NCBI RefSeq assembly: GCF_030028105.1
Contig: NC_092398.1
Coordinates: forward strand, 24,939,649-25,003,648
DNA: 64,000 nucleotides
Source: Mobula birostris
Lineage: Eukaryota
Reading direction: 5' to 3'
In this document: positions 1-10,692 of the stretch, one piece after another
Position numbering within the stretch: position 1 is the stretch's first letter
Layout: every line of letters begins with the position of its first letter
Translations under genes and position numbers: made by a program
Notes under the pieces: generated by a model
Database searches by the model: none
Told to the model about the DNA's origin: nothing
The model's input: the letters and a program-made list of their open reading frames with translations, nothing else

Positions 1-112
1 TTAAACAAAAGGAAAATGTGTCTTTGCCGTTTGGCCGTTATCAGTGGTAGTGGAGGACGGTTACGATCTATCGACCTCTGGGATATGGGCCCTGCGCACT
101 ACTGCGTATGTT

Positions 113-275
113 TGAAGCAGAGGTCGATAGGTTCTTGATTGGAAATAACATCAAAGGTTACGGGGAGAAGTCAGGAGACTGGGGTTGAGAGAGACAATGA
201 ATCTGTCACGATGGAATCCCAGAGTAGACTTGATGAGCCAAATGGCCCAATTCTGCTCTTAGGGCTTATGGTTTT
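113..275 (+). mobile_element. CR1 LINE 3' end fragment (also about 30195-30360 and 57230-57395)
   Basis: gcagaggtcgataggttcttgattgg...catcaaaggttacggggagaag...aatggcccaattctgctc, the same 3' UTR type as the long CR1 at 17-19.8 kb. Confidence 0.8.
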
Positions 276-462
276 ATGGTATCTAAGCTGTCTGACTTGA
301 TTCTCACAATTGACAGCAGAGAGGATGAGAGAGGTCTTGAGCAGTTGGGACTTGCTTCTGGGCAGAAACGGGCCACGATGGATTCTCTGTCATTTGACAT
401 CAGTGAAAATACTGTGGTGTTGACGGGGTCAGGCGACATTTCTCCAACTTGCCCGTTCTTAC

Positions 463-731
463 CTAGAGGTATCATGAGCTTCCCACTGACAGCCTCGTGT
501 TCCATCTGACAGACGTACCCCTGGCTGTCTCCATCTAGGGGGCGGACACTCCTAACTTGAAAGGTCCCATTGCTTTGAGGGACAACGTTGGTCGTGTCTG
601 ATCCATTGTCAGTGACTTCCCCGTTTCTGACCCAGTGAACTTTAATGTCCCGGGGAAGAAGTTCTTGGCCGTGCACACCAGATACATTTGGCCCCGTTTC
701 TTCTGTGTGAAGGCTCTGGTACGGGTAGGAG
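463..731 (-). pseudogene. Ig-superfamily C1-set domain exon (MHC class I alpha3 / class II beta2-like), 1-bp frameshift, copy A
   Basis: Acceptor ttccttcacag|CT and donor CTAG|gtaag (phase 1-1). Repaired translation is xPTRTRAFTQKKRGQMYLVCTAKNFFP[G]DIKVHWVRNGEVTDNGSDTTNVVPQSNGTFQVRSVRPLDGDSQGYVCQMEHEAVSGKLMIPL, with C1 motifs C..F.P..I.V.W, GTFQ and Y.C..EH. Length 269 = 270-1. Confidence 0.85.
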
Positions 732-939
732 CTGTGAAGGAATTGGAGAACAGTGTATGGGTTCAAAGTAGCTCAGCTCTCTTGTGACTGGACGGTATGG
801 ACAGAACTTCACCCTGTGTCTGACCCCGCGAGTATGTGATAGCACAGTGTACAGGGGGCTTCACTCTGTGTCTGACCTAAGGAGTGGTAGATTGTGAGAT
901 CAAGAGTCCATTTTATCATACGACAGAACCACTTAATAC

Positions 940-1260
940 TTTTATAACAGCGGGGAGAAGCTGTCCTTAAGCCTGCTGGGATGTTCTTTCATGTTTTTGT
1001 ATCTTCTGCCCGATGGGAGAGGGGAGAAGTGGGAATCTCTAGAGGTGGGTGGGATCTCTCATCATTCTGGCTGCTGTACGCAGGCAGCGAGATGTCTATT
1101 GAGGGGAAGCTGCTTTCCGTGATGTGCTGAGATGTGTCCATGACTCTCCGCTGTCTCTTGTGGTCACGGGCAGAGCAGTTGCCGCACTGAGCGTCGATGG
1201 ATCTGGAGAGCGAGCAGGGGGCACGTTCTGACCGGCTGATATGCGATACTGCCGGAAACT
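940..1260 (-). mobile_element. Degraded Rex1/Babar-type LINE 3' fragment
   Basis: Resembles the reverse complement of the C-terminal region of the element at 28660-29800. Confidence 0.45.
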
Positions 1261-1574
1261 CTGCACCTCTGGCCCGTACCACTGAACGGACCGAGCGTGG
1301 GTGGCACCTCACACATACACAGACAAGCAAATATTAAACTCCACCCTTCAAAGCCGCCAAGATCTTATATAAGACAATAGAATTTAAATAATTCATTTCT
1401 TGTTATACCTTTCTATGTGCAAACAAACCTTATTCATACGTTCTTTGTAGAAATAGAAGTACGTGAATTATATACGTCATCACGCGATCACATGATACGT
1501 GCGGGCCTCGCTTGAAGTTAGTCCACATCCTTTTGAATTAGTTTAATTAGTTGAGATACAAAGTATAACATCTC

Positions 1575-1880
1575 AGTCTCCCTCTCTTCCTCCCCTACCC
1601 TCTCCGCCTCCTCCCCTCCCCTCCCTCTCTCTCATCCCCCTCTCCTCCTCTCTCCTCTCCCCTCTCCCCTCTCCCCCTCCCCTTCCCCTCTCCCTCTCCC
1701 TGCCCTTGCTCTCTCTGTCTCCCCTCTCCCCTCTCCCCCTCCCCTTCCCCTCTCCCTCTCCCTGCCCTTGCTCTCTCTGTCTACCCGCTCTCCCTTTCCA
1801 CCACCTTGCTCTCTACCCTCTCACTCACTCTCTCTCGCTCCCCTCCTCACTTTCTCTCTCCTCCGTCTCTCCTTCTAGTT
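1575..1880. repeat. CT-rich polypyrimidine low-complexity tract with an internal ~63-bp direct repeat (unit A only)
   Basis: ctcccctctcccctctccccctcccc(c)ttcccctctccctctccctgcccttgctctctctgtct occurs twice at about 1657-1783. Confidence 0.9.
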
Positions 1881-2169
1881 GAATGACAGTAAACTTGAAC
1901 TAGATCAAATAGAACGATGGCCTCTATTGTGAGGGACTTGGCATATGGAAGCACAGATGAATGTTTATAAGGATGTTGGTAAGACCATGCCTGGTGTACT
2001 GTGTACAGTTCTGATCTTGGTCCTTAATGCAGAATACGTTTGCAGGGTGAGTTCTGGAGATGAAGGGATTGATATATAAGGGAAGGTATGAACAGGTCCG
2101 GTCTACACTTGAGAGAGAGAGAGAAAGACATCAAGGTTGTGCGTACTGTCATTTGTGTTAGTGCAATGA

Positions 2170-2640
2170 AAGCCATAGAACATATAACATAGCACAGGCC
2201 ATTTGGTCCACAACCTTTTAATTTCCTCCAAGATCAAACTAATCCTCCCCTCCCACTTAGCCCTCTATTTTTTCTATCATCCATCCGCCTATCTCCGTCT
2301 CTTAAATGCCCCTGATATATCTGCCTCTACCACCCCTGGCAGGGCGTTTTCTGCACGTGCCACTCTGTGTAAAGAACTTGCCTCTGAAAAGCCCTTCTCC
2401 CTTCCTCCAACCAGTTAAATTTATTTCAATCTTATTCAGTTCTGCTCTGCGAAAAGTCTCTGCCTGTCCACTCGAACTATGCCTCTCATCCTTGTTCACT
2501 CTGAAGAGAAAATCCCCAGCTCGCTGGACTTATCCTCATTACACATGTCTCCTAGTCAAGATAGTATCCTGCTGAATCTCCTCTGCACCTTCTCCTTCCA
2601 CATCCTTCCTATAATGAGGTGACCAAAGCTGAATACACGT
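2170..2640 (-). mobile_element. CR1 LINE 3' fragment
   Basis: Reverse-complement CR1 3' signature: catagaacat...acaggccatttggtcc...ctgcctctaccacccctggcag...ctctgtgtaaagaacttgcctc. Confidence 0.75.
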
Positions 2641-2984
2641 CGAAGAGGACCACAATCTTGTCGTACGGTTTAGAGCTGGAGAAGTATGTTGGCTGGAGTC
2701 CGGACTTTACGCTTTGGCTCTTGGTAGGGTCTGCCGTGTCATACAGGTCAAAGGGTAGAGGCCAGATTAAGAGTGGTTCACCAGTCCTCCAGGTTCAGGG
2801 GGTTCAGCTCAGGGCCAATAAACCTGACTAGTCAAACAAAATTGTTATGCAAACAGCAACGAAGAATCCTTCTACATCTGAGTGTGACAGTATCCCTAAG
2901 GATTTGCACGACTGACAACAGTGAAAACTGTGTCAAATCAAATCATCAACAAGTGGACTGGGCGCTGCCCGTAAAGGTCACCAC

Positions 2985-3085
2985 ACTTCCGGTGCCAACA
3001 TAACGTGAGCATGACTCACTAACCCTAACCTGTACGTCATTGGATGTGGGAGGAATCTGGAGCAACCGGAGGAAACATCACCCAG
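2985..3085 (-). mobile_element. V-SINE (HE1-like) core fragment
   Basis: ttggatgtgggaggaatctggagcaaccggaggaaac matches the reverse complement of the V-SINE core. Confidence 0.55.
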
Positions 3086-3089
3086 AGCT

Positions 3090-3680
3090 GATATTGAGGC
3101 TCTATAAGGCACTCGTGAGACCACACTTGGAGTATTGCGTGCAGTTTCGGGCTGAAAGAATATACCTACATTGGAGAGGATTCAGAGAAGATTCACGAGA
3201 ATGATTGCAGGAATGAAAGGGTTACTGTATGAGGAACGTCTGGCAACTCTTGGGCTGTATTCCCTGGAGTTCAGCAGAATGAGGGGGGATCTCACAGAAA
3301 CGTTCCGAATGTTAAAAGGCCTGAACAGATTAGATATGGCTAAATTATTTCCCATGGTAGGGGATGCTAGGACAAGAGGGGAAGACTTCAGGATTGAAAG
3401 ACGTCCATTTAGAACTGAGATGCGGGAAAATTACTTTAGTCAGAGGGTGGTAAATCTGTGGAATTTGTTGCCACGAGCAGCTGTGGAGGCCTAGTCACTG
3501 GGTACATTTAAGGCAGCGATAGATCGGTTCCTGTTTAGCCAGGGCATCAAAGGGTATGGGGAGAAGGCAGGGAAGTGGGGATGACTGGTAGAATTGCATC
3601 AGCCTATGATAGAATAGCAGAGCAGACTCGATGGGCCGAATGGCCTACTTCTGTTCCTATACCTTATGGTCTTATGGTCA
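3090..3680 (+). mobile_element. CR1 LINE 3' fragment (RT C-terminal domain plus 3' UTR); only the last ~150 bp survive in B and C
   Basis: ORF 3171-3494 ERIQRRFTRMIAGMKGL.YEERL..LGLYSLE...FSQRVVNLWN, with tail cttatggtcttatgg. Confidence 0.9.
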
Positions 3681-5675
3681 CGGGGAGAACATTCGAAATC
3701 AGACATCAAACATACAGACATCAGTGTTAATCGAACACCGATCAATAATCACTGGCACTATAGAGCAATTGTGCTATCTGCCACGATATCGTGCAGTCCC
3801 TGATTATGTTAATTAGACAGTTTAGATAAACCTTTGTTTGTAATGTACACTTCTGCTGCTGAAAAAATTGATTTTGATTGTATTTATACGGATTGAGTCC
3901 CTCTGTTGGTCCAGGTTGACCACGGTGTCACAGCTGTCTACATAATACGCAAGATGGTACACAACTCAGAGCAGCACGATACGGTGAGCAAGCCGTTGCC
4001 GACACAACAGGCTCCCCCCCTCTCCATGCTGCTGATAAAGCCAAAGGAATGCCAGAGACCGATACAGTTTGGCACCAGCGGCATCGCAGGAGTTGCTAGT
4101 CAGTGTTGAACCCAACGGTCGACTGCCTTATCCGGCTCTGGATTTTTCCCTCGGGGTTTACTCCCAAAGCCTTCCCCATGGAAGGCAGCGGAGGTTTGAT
4201 ATCAGACTTTTCCTTCTCTTCCATGAGCCCCATCTGCCTGAAGCGGTTAGTTTTACGGGACCAATAACCCACCTTTGCCTTTTTCCCTGTTAGTAGAAAT
4301 GGTTCTGCTGGGCTTAATAGCTAAGCCACATGTGAAGTTCCAGGAGCTGGACTTGGATGTCAGAGGCTATTTGAGCTGTGCACCATTGAGAGCTCATTCC
4401 CACTACCTTACCAGGCTTTAACAACCTTAAGGAATTGGTATTTAGAAGCTGTGCAGGCATGCTTACTCCAGTCATCTGTAAGGAGTGGCAGATGAAGTTC
4501 AATTCAAATAAATGCAAGGTGTTACATTTTCATGGATCAAACCAAGACAGGGCATACACAGTGAACAAGCAAGTCCTGGTGAGTGTTGTAGACACTGTTT
4601 CCTCTCACCTGTATGGGTGTGCGACCATGCAGTAACTGAAATGTTCCCGCGCACATAGCCGTTGCTACTGCGCAGCTGAAATTCTCTTTTATATAATGTT
4701 AATATAATTTTGAAATATTGGCATAATTTTGAAATTATGCCAATATAATGTTGGAATCTATGTTAATATAATTAAGAAATACCCTAATTAATTATGTAAA
4801 TGAATAGAGTTTATTAATTTTCTTAATAGTAAACATACCACAAGCTTTGAAACATTTTATTTCGATGCATTTACATTGTCAATGTTACAAGTTACAACAC
4901 TGTTACAAATTGTAACAATGAACACAGAATGGAAGTCGGCAGCTCATTGTTAATAAACTGCCGGCCTGCTGAAAGTTGATGCTGTCATATTCGTATTAAA
5001 AAAAACATTTAAAGTGCCAGGTAGTTTTCAGAGCAGTGGTTAGTCCACTCAGTGGTAAAAAGAATTCGAGGGAAGGTCGGTTGTAGAACAGAAAGACCAG
5101 GGTGTGTTGGTACATAAAACCTTAAAGTGGCGACACGGACAGGGAGGTAAAGAAGGTGTTTGTACACTTGCCGTCATCAGAAGGGCACTGAATACAGGAG
5201 TTGGGATGTCACGTTGTAGCTGTACAAAGACTTCAAAGACAAAGTAACAAAGTACGTATACTGTAGTGGGCTGGGTTGATCAGACCGAAACTAATCGAGT
5301 GTCCGGCAAATGTAATAAGTAAACAAGCCCGACAAAGGAACTTAAGCCCAATTTATTATCACAAAAATAGAAAGGCACACAAAATACTCCGTACCAAGTC
5401 ACAAAGATTCCAGTGCTCACAATTCTTAGTGACCAGTTGATTGTTGTTGGGGCATCTGCGAACTCCAACTCGCTCGTGAAATCATCCTGGGTCGTAGGCA
5501 TCGATCGCGGTTTCCAGTCTAAAGAATCCAGGGAAAATTGTTCCAGTAAACAGGAGATCCACAATCGTAGAGAGAGACACACAGAGACAGACAGATGCCT
5601 TGATCTTTTGCCCTCCTGCCATTAACCCAGCCTGGTTTCTTTCATTCATTAACACAGTGTTCAGCATACCCTTAA

Positions 5676-5790
5676 TATAGAACATAGAACATAGAATAGT
5701 ACAGCACAGTACAGGCCCTTCGGCCCACAATGTTGTGCCGACCCTCAAACCCTGCCTCCTATATAAGCCCCCACATTAAATTCCTCCATA
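5676..5790 (-). mobile_element. Short 5'-truncated CR1 3' end (also about 33085-33200 and 60120-60235)
   Basis: (acatagaa)n tail followed by tacagcacagtacaggcccttcggcccac. Confidence 0.75.
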
Positions 5791-5997
5791 TACCCTTACT
5801 AATCAGTTGGACACTGTAATGGTCAGTCTTTATCCATCAGTCCACCAATGTTTAGGACTTAACTTTCCTTGAAATTACAGGCGATCAGTGTATCTTAAAC
5901 GCCCTACCTCTTCCCACTTTAGATGCCCTGCCCTAAATACCCTATAAATCTTTACGTGCCTAAATGCCTCTAAATGCCTAACTGCCCTGCTTTTCAT

Positions 5998-6048
<51 letters not shown>
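5998..6048. repeat. (ATC)17 microsatellite
   Basis: Perfect repeat. Homologues: 33408-33455 (16 units, one TTC) and 60443-60481 (13 units, one TTC). Confidence 0.97.
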
Positions 6049-6049
<1 letters not shown>

Positions 6050-7229
6050 GTCCGATGAGCCCTGAGCCCAGACTCTCGTTTTGTGGCCACTGTCCACGGC
6101 TCCCTGGGAAACTGAGCCATTTCCTCCAGCCAAGATGGCGCCGAGATTCAGTCTCTATCGAGGTCGTTGCTCAGACTGAAGTTGATTTTTTTAGGATCGT
6201 ATCAATGTTTTTGGTGACAGATGGAGGTTTTACTGGTCAGGTTAGGATTTAGCGACAGGAATGTGGGACAATTAGAGGTCAGGCCAGATCTAGGGCTCTA
6301 CTCCACGAGCGAAGGCCACCGATGACGTGAATGAAGGACTTTCATGGATGGGTGTTCAGTTGGCCAACATGCTGGACAAAGACTAGCTCGTTCTCCTCCA
6401 CACCCTGGGTCAGTCAGTTCGCTGTCGAAGCAGTGAGATTGGAGGTACAGGAGGGCAGGAAGGATGAGGGTTGGTGACCCCTTAGCTACTCCAGTTGGCG
6501 TGTCTGGAGTTCGGGTCTAATGCCATCGATGAGGCCGGAGTTCGAGGACTGGAGTACAGGGTCCCATCATCATTATGCCCTGTGGTCAAGGACTGAAGGT
6601 CGATCGCGAGTCTGGAAATTGAGACCCGATGGCCTCCGACACTGGGTCTCCAACAGACGCAGCCAGCCGGCCTTTCCTGGGTTTGGAGGACGGTTTGTGT
6701 GTGCGCGCCTGCGTGGCGGGTCAGCGGGTGACAGGGAGGTACAAGATTTCTTTTGCTGTTGTTCTGCTGAACGTGGTGGGCAATCTGCGTAGGCGTCAGA
6801 ATGTGTGGCAACACTGGCGGGCTGCACCCAACACAGCCTGTTGGTTCTTTCGATACACACACACGATATATCAATCAGTCTGAATCTGGGGCCGTAGGAC
6901 CCGCTTCTGGACCGAGCTGAGATTAAGATCTCAGAAGCCACTCTTGGAGTCTTCGGGAATCGCTACGCTGTGGGAGAGGGTAGCGATGATTTGAAGGCGC
7001 AGCGTGGGAAGGGCACTGCCAAGGGTCCTCCACACCGAGAGGGTTGAGGAATGGTACCGAGGGGTTGCGGTACCGTGAGATGGGCCGGGAAATGTGGCAC
7101 TGCTGAGCTCTGTCAGGAACGCCACACTGATGCAATCTTCCAGAGTGGACACTGCAGGTTCGCATTAGCAAGTCACGTCACAGTTAAAACTTTGGATGGG
7201 GTACACTTGGTTTAACTGTGTGCAGTTCC

Positions 7230-7700
7230 GGCCATCCCATTACAGGAAAGATGCGGAGGAGTGGAGGTTACAGAGAAAATAGAACACATCACAGCACAGA
7301 ACAGGCCGTTCGGCCCGCAATGGAATTTGGAAGGATCGGGGAGGAATCTCATTGAAACCTTTCAAATGTTGAAAGGCCTAGACAGAGTAGATGTGGGAAG
7401 GATGTTTCCCATGGTAGGGGACGTCTAGGATAAGAGGGCACAGCCTCAGGATACAGCGGCGTCCATTTAAAACAGAGATATGGAGAAATTTCTTTCGCCA
7501 GAGGCTGGTGAATTTGTCGAATCTGTCAGCTGTGGAGGCCAGGTCGTTGGGTGGATTTAAGGAAGAACTTGATAGGTTCTCTATTGGACACGGCATCAAA
7601 GGTTACGGGGAGTGGGGATGTTGGGAGGGGGGGAGCAGCCCTGATTGAGTGGCAGAGCAGATTTGATGGGCCAAATAGCCTAATTCTTCCCCCATGTGTT
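7230..7700 (+). mobile_element. CR1 3' fragments (also about 34560-35100 and 61586-62126)
   Basis: ctcattgaaacctttcaaatgttgaaaggcctagacagagtagatgtgg...ccatttaaaacagagat...catcaaaggttacgggg. Confidence 0.8.
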
Positions 7701-8160
7701 ATGATGTTATGTTAGGTCCAGCTATTCACCTACTCTAAGATTAATCCAACCCTTCCCTCCCACATAGCCCTCCATTGTTCTATCATCCATTTGCCTGCCC
7801 AAGAGTTTCTGAAATGTCCCCAAAGTATGTGTGTCCACTGCCACCCCTGCTGATGCGTTCCGCGCTCCCACCACTCTCTGTGTGAAAAACCTACCTCTGA
7901 CATCCCCTCTATGCTTTCCTCTTATCACCTTAAAATTATACCCCACCATATTAGCCATTTCCGCCCTGAGAAAAAGCCTCTGGCTGTCCACTCTACCGAT
8001 GCATCTTATCGTCTGGCACACCTCTGTCAGGTCACCTCACACCCTCCTTTGCTGCGGAGAGAAAAGCCCCAGCTTGCTGAACCTGTCTTCATAAGACATG
8101 CTCTCTAATCCAGGCAGCATTCTGGTAAATCTTCTCTGCACCCTCTCTAAATGAAGTGGC
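7700..8160 (-). mobile_element. CR1 3' fragment, opposite orientation (also about 35110-35560 and 62136-62586)
   Basis: Minus-strand ORFs LERVQRRFTRMLPGLE.MSYEDR and RGDVRGRFFTQRVVGA. Confidence 0.85.
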
Positions 8161-9674
8161 CTGAACTGAACACAATACTTGAAGTGTGGTCTAACTGGAG
8201 TTCTGTGGAGATGAAACATTATCTGATGGATCTGAAACTTAATCATCCGACTGATGACGGCCAACACTCCTTATACTTTCTTCACCATCCTGTCGGCTTG
8301 CTACCGACATTGAGGCATCTGCGGGCTCCGTCTCAGTTCCTCCACACTGCTAAAAGTCCTGACATAAACTCTGCCTTCAAGTTCAACCTTACAAAGTGAG
8401 TCATTTCACACTTTTCTGAGTGGAACTCTGAGGTGTCAGAGTTCAGTGAATCAGCGATGACAGAGGCTTTGGAGAGGGTGTAGAAAATGGGGCAAGTACG
8501 ACTCAAGGGTTGAAACGGCTTCTAGATCGGCACGGATAGAGGCAAAGGAACAGTATGACATGGTCTGCCAGCATGGGCAACGACCTCATCTCTCTGGCTG
8601 TGAAACTGCAGAGGACCCTGCCACCACCGGAGTCTCATCACAACGACAGCAGCTGTTTACAGTTTACTGTTGACTGTTTACCTCTGTTGAGCGCTACACG
8701 GACATTGAATTATACTTATAAACTTACCTGTGGCAATATTTTGCGTCATGCGCTGTGTGTCATGCATATTTTGTATGTTTCCGTGGTCCCGGGGAACAAT
8801 GCTTCGTTTGATCGTATATATGTATCGCCAGATAACAAATGTGAACTGGAGAAGGAGAAAGGATAAGTGACGCGTAGAAGTTAAATATATCATGCACTGG
8901 GTGATTGTTGACTGGAAATCGTTGTCATACAGACTCATATATTGTGATAGAAAGGAGCATCTGAAAATATATGGACGGACACAAACCCAAGCGGAGGCTG
9001 GGGTGACAGGTGTATTTACCTATGACAGGATTGTGTTGAAAACAGAGTCAAACTACTTTTTCCCGTTTGTCAATCCTAAACACCAGAGAGTATGGATTTA
9101 AAGTGAGAAGGAGGATATTTCTAAGGAGTCTTACAGTGCAAACGCTTCCACACAAGGGTGATGGATTCCAGGAACGCGTTGCCGGGATAAACGGTGCGGG
9201 TAGTTTGTAACTGCAGCGAATACGCGATGTTTAGATTGGTTGGCGTGTGAATTGTGTAATATCCACTTTGTGGTGGCGCATAGGTTTAGTTTAAAATGTT
9301 TGGATGATAGTTCAGAACTGGCGGTGTTGTGCATGTTGAGGAAGTTTCTCGAAAGATCCTGCACTATGTATGCCAATTGGGTATTTGGGAAGCAAATTGG
9401 CAGATGAAGGTTAATCCGCAATCAGTGGCCTGTTACACACTGTGTGTGGGGTGAGGTTAAATGCAATCATAAAATATTTATTGAATGGACTGGATGCTTG
9501 GAAGCTTTAATGAACAGTAGGAACTTTGTCTGGACCTCCATGTCTTTCTGAATGTAATATGGCACGGAGAGATGTTGGTAAAGAAGGAGTAAGCATCCTT
9601 CTGTTAAATGATGGTATTTTAAGTGATGTTCAGTAAGTCATGCAGCAACTGCGTGAATAATTGAACGTCGATAT

Positions 9675-10100
9675 CTCCGACTTCCAGTTCACTTTCTTCT
9701 TCTATTTTCCATTAATTTAATTCTCCGCTCTGCCCCCACTTAGTTCCTCTCTCTTCTCCAATGCACATTTCCTCCGGTTACTGCCCCTTCCCTCTCTCCT
9801 GTGATCCACTCGCTTTTCCGATCTGATTCCTTCTTCTGCTATTTGTCTTCCACTTATCACCACCTAACATTGCTTCACACCCCTCTCGTATTCATTACTT
9901 TAACTGCCATTTTCTAGTCTGTATACATTCCCCTCCGTCCACCTTATTACTCTGAATTCTTTCCTCTTCCTTTCCAGTTTCGATGAAGGGTTCTGGAAAA
10001 CTCGACTGTTTATTCATTTATATAGATCCTGCCTGAGCTAAAAAGCCCCCTAGGATTTTGTATGCGTTGCTGAGGATGCTTAGCATCTGCAAAATCTCTT
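9675..10100 (+). mobile_element. Penelope-like element terminal fragment with degenerate hammerhead motif (also about 36715-37130 and 63740-64000)
   Basis: Pyrimidine-rich body ending ccagtttcgatgaagggttctggaaaactcgactgtttatt...gatcctgcctgagct; an inverted relative of the element at 14125-14560. Confidence 0.55.
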
Positions 10101-10529
10101 GGCTGCAGAAATAATTGTTTTGGCACATTTGGACCGTCACTAAGCATCACTTAGACAGAGTATTGATTAAGCAGAGATTGACCACGGAGACGCACATGAG
10201 GAGTTTAAATTAGCGTTATTGTTGGCACCCCAATCATGTGCCGAACGGTCTATTCCTGTGCTGCACTGATCTGTGTTCATCATTTTCACACACGTATTTA
10301 TGAAATTGAGTTAAGTGCGGATTCTTTGATTTGATTACTGGGCCAGAAAGTCCTGTTTCCCATAGTTCTTGAGAGACAAACAGAATGATGGAATGCGGCA
10401 CGCAACTGCTGATATTTATTCCGCGACATAGAAGCTAGTTGTTTTTACTGGAGCCGGTAGTTGAAGGCGGAAGTTTCATTTTAAGAGTATCTTATTTTTC
10501 TTATTTATCGATACAGCGGGGTAGCAGGG

Positions 10530-10692
10530 GTTTCCACCAGAACCTTCACGTCTTTGGAATGTGTATGCAACAGAGGCATCTGGAGTAAACCTACGCCGTC
10601 GTCGATAGATCGTACAAAATACATAGAGACGGCTGTGAGAACTGAAACCGCGCCTCAGGCGCTGTGAAGCATTGTGCCAACCACTACGCTAC
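10530..10692 (-). mobile_element. tRNA-derived V-SINE (HE1-like), 5' head overlapping the GPCR 3' end
   Basis: Minus strand gtagcgtagtggttggcacaatgcttcacagcgcc (A-box head), then a degenerate B-box, then ..tttgtacgatct...ggtttactccagatgcctctg...cattccaaagacgt. Confidence 0.7.

Noticed and set aside
266-766. 166-aa ORF as an intact gene
   Set aside because: It has a non-ATG start, runs through intron sequence on both sides, and its N-terminal part is the wrong frame of a frameshifted C1 exon.
5875-6252. Poly-Asp and poly-Ile ORFs
   Set aside because: Produced by the (ATC)n microsatellite; length varies between copies and there is no domain similarity.
6482-7171. Possible MHC alpha1/alpha2 or V-domain exon (GHNDDGTLY, EWYRG...GNVALL)
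   Set aside because: Motif spacing is wrong, there is no YDG.D or Y.C motif, and no consistent open frame across copies.
10640-10692. tRNA gene
   Set aside because: Only the degenerate tRNA-derived head of a SINE, with a broken B-box and no cloverleaf.
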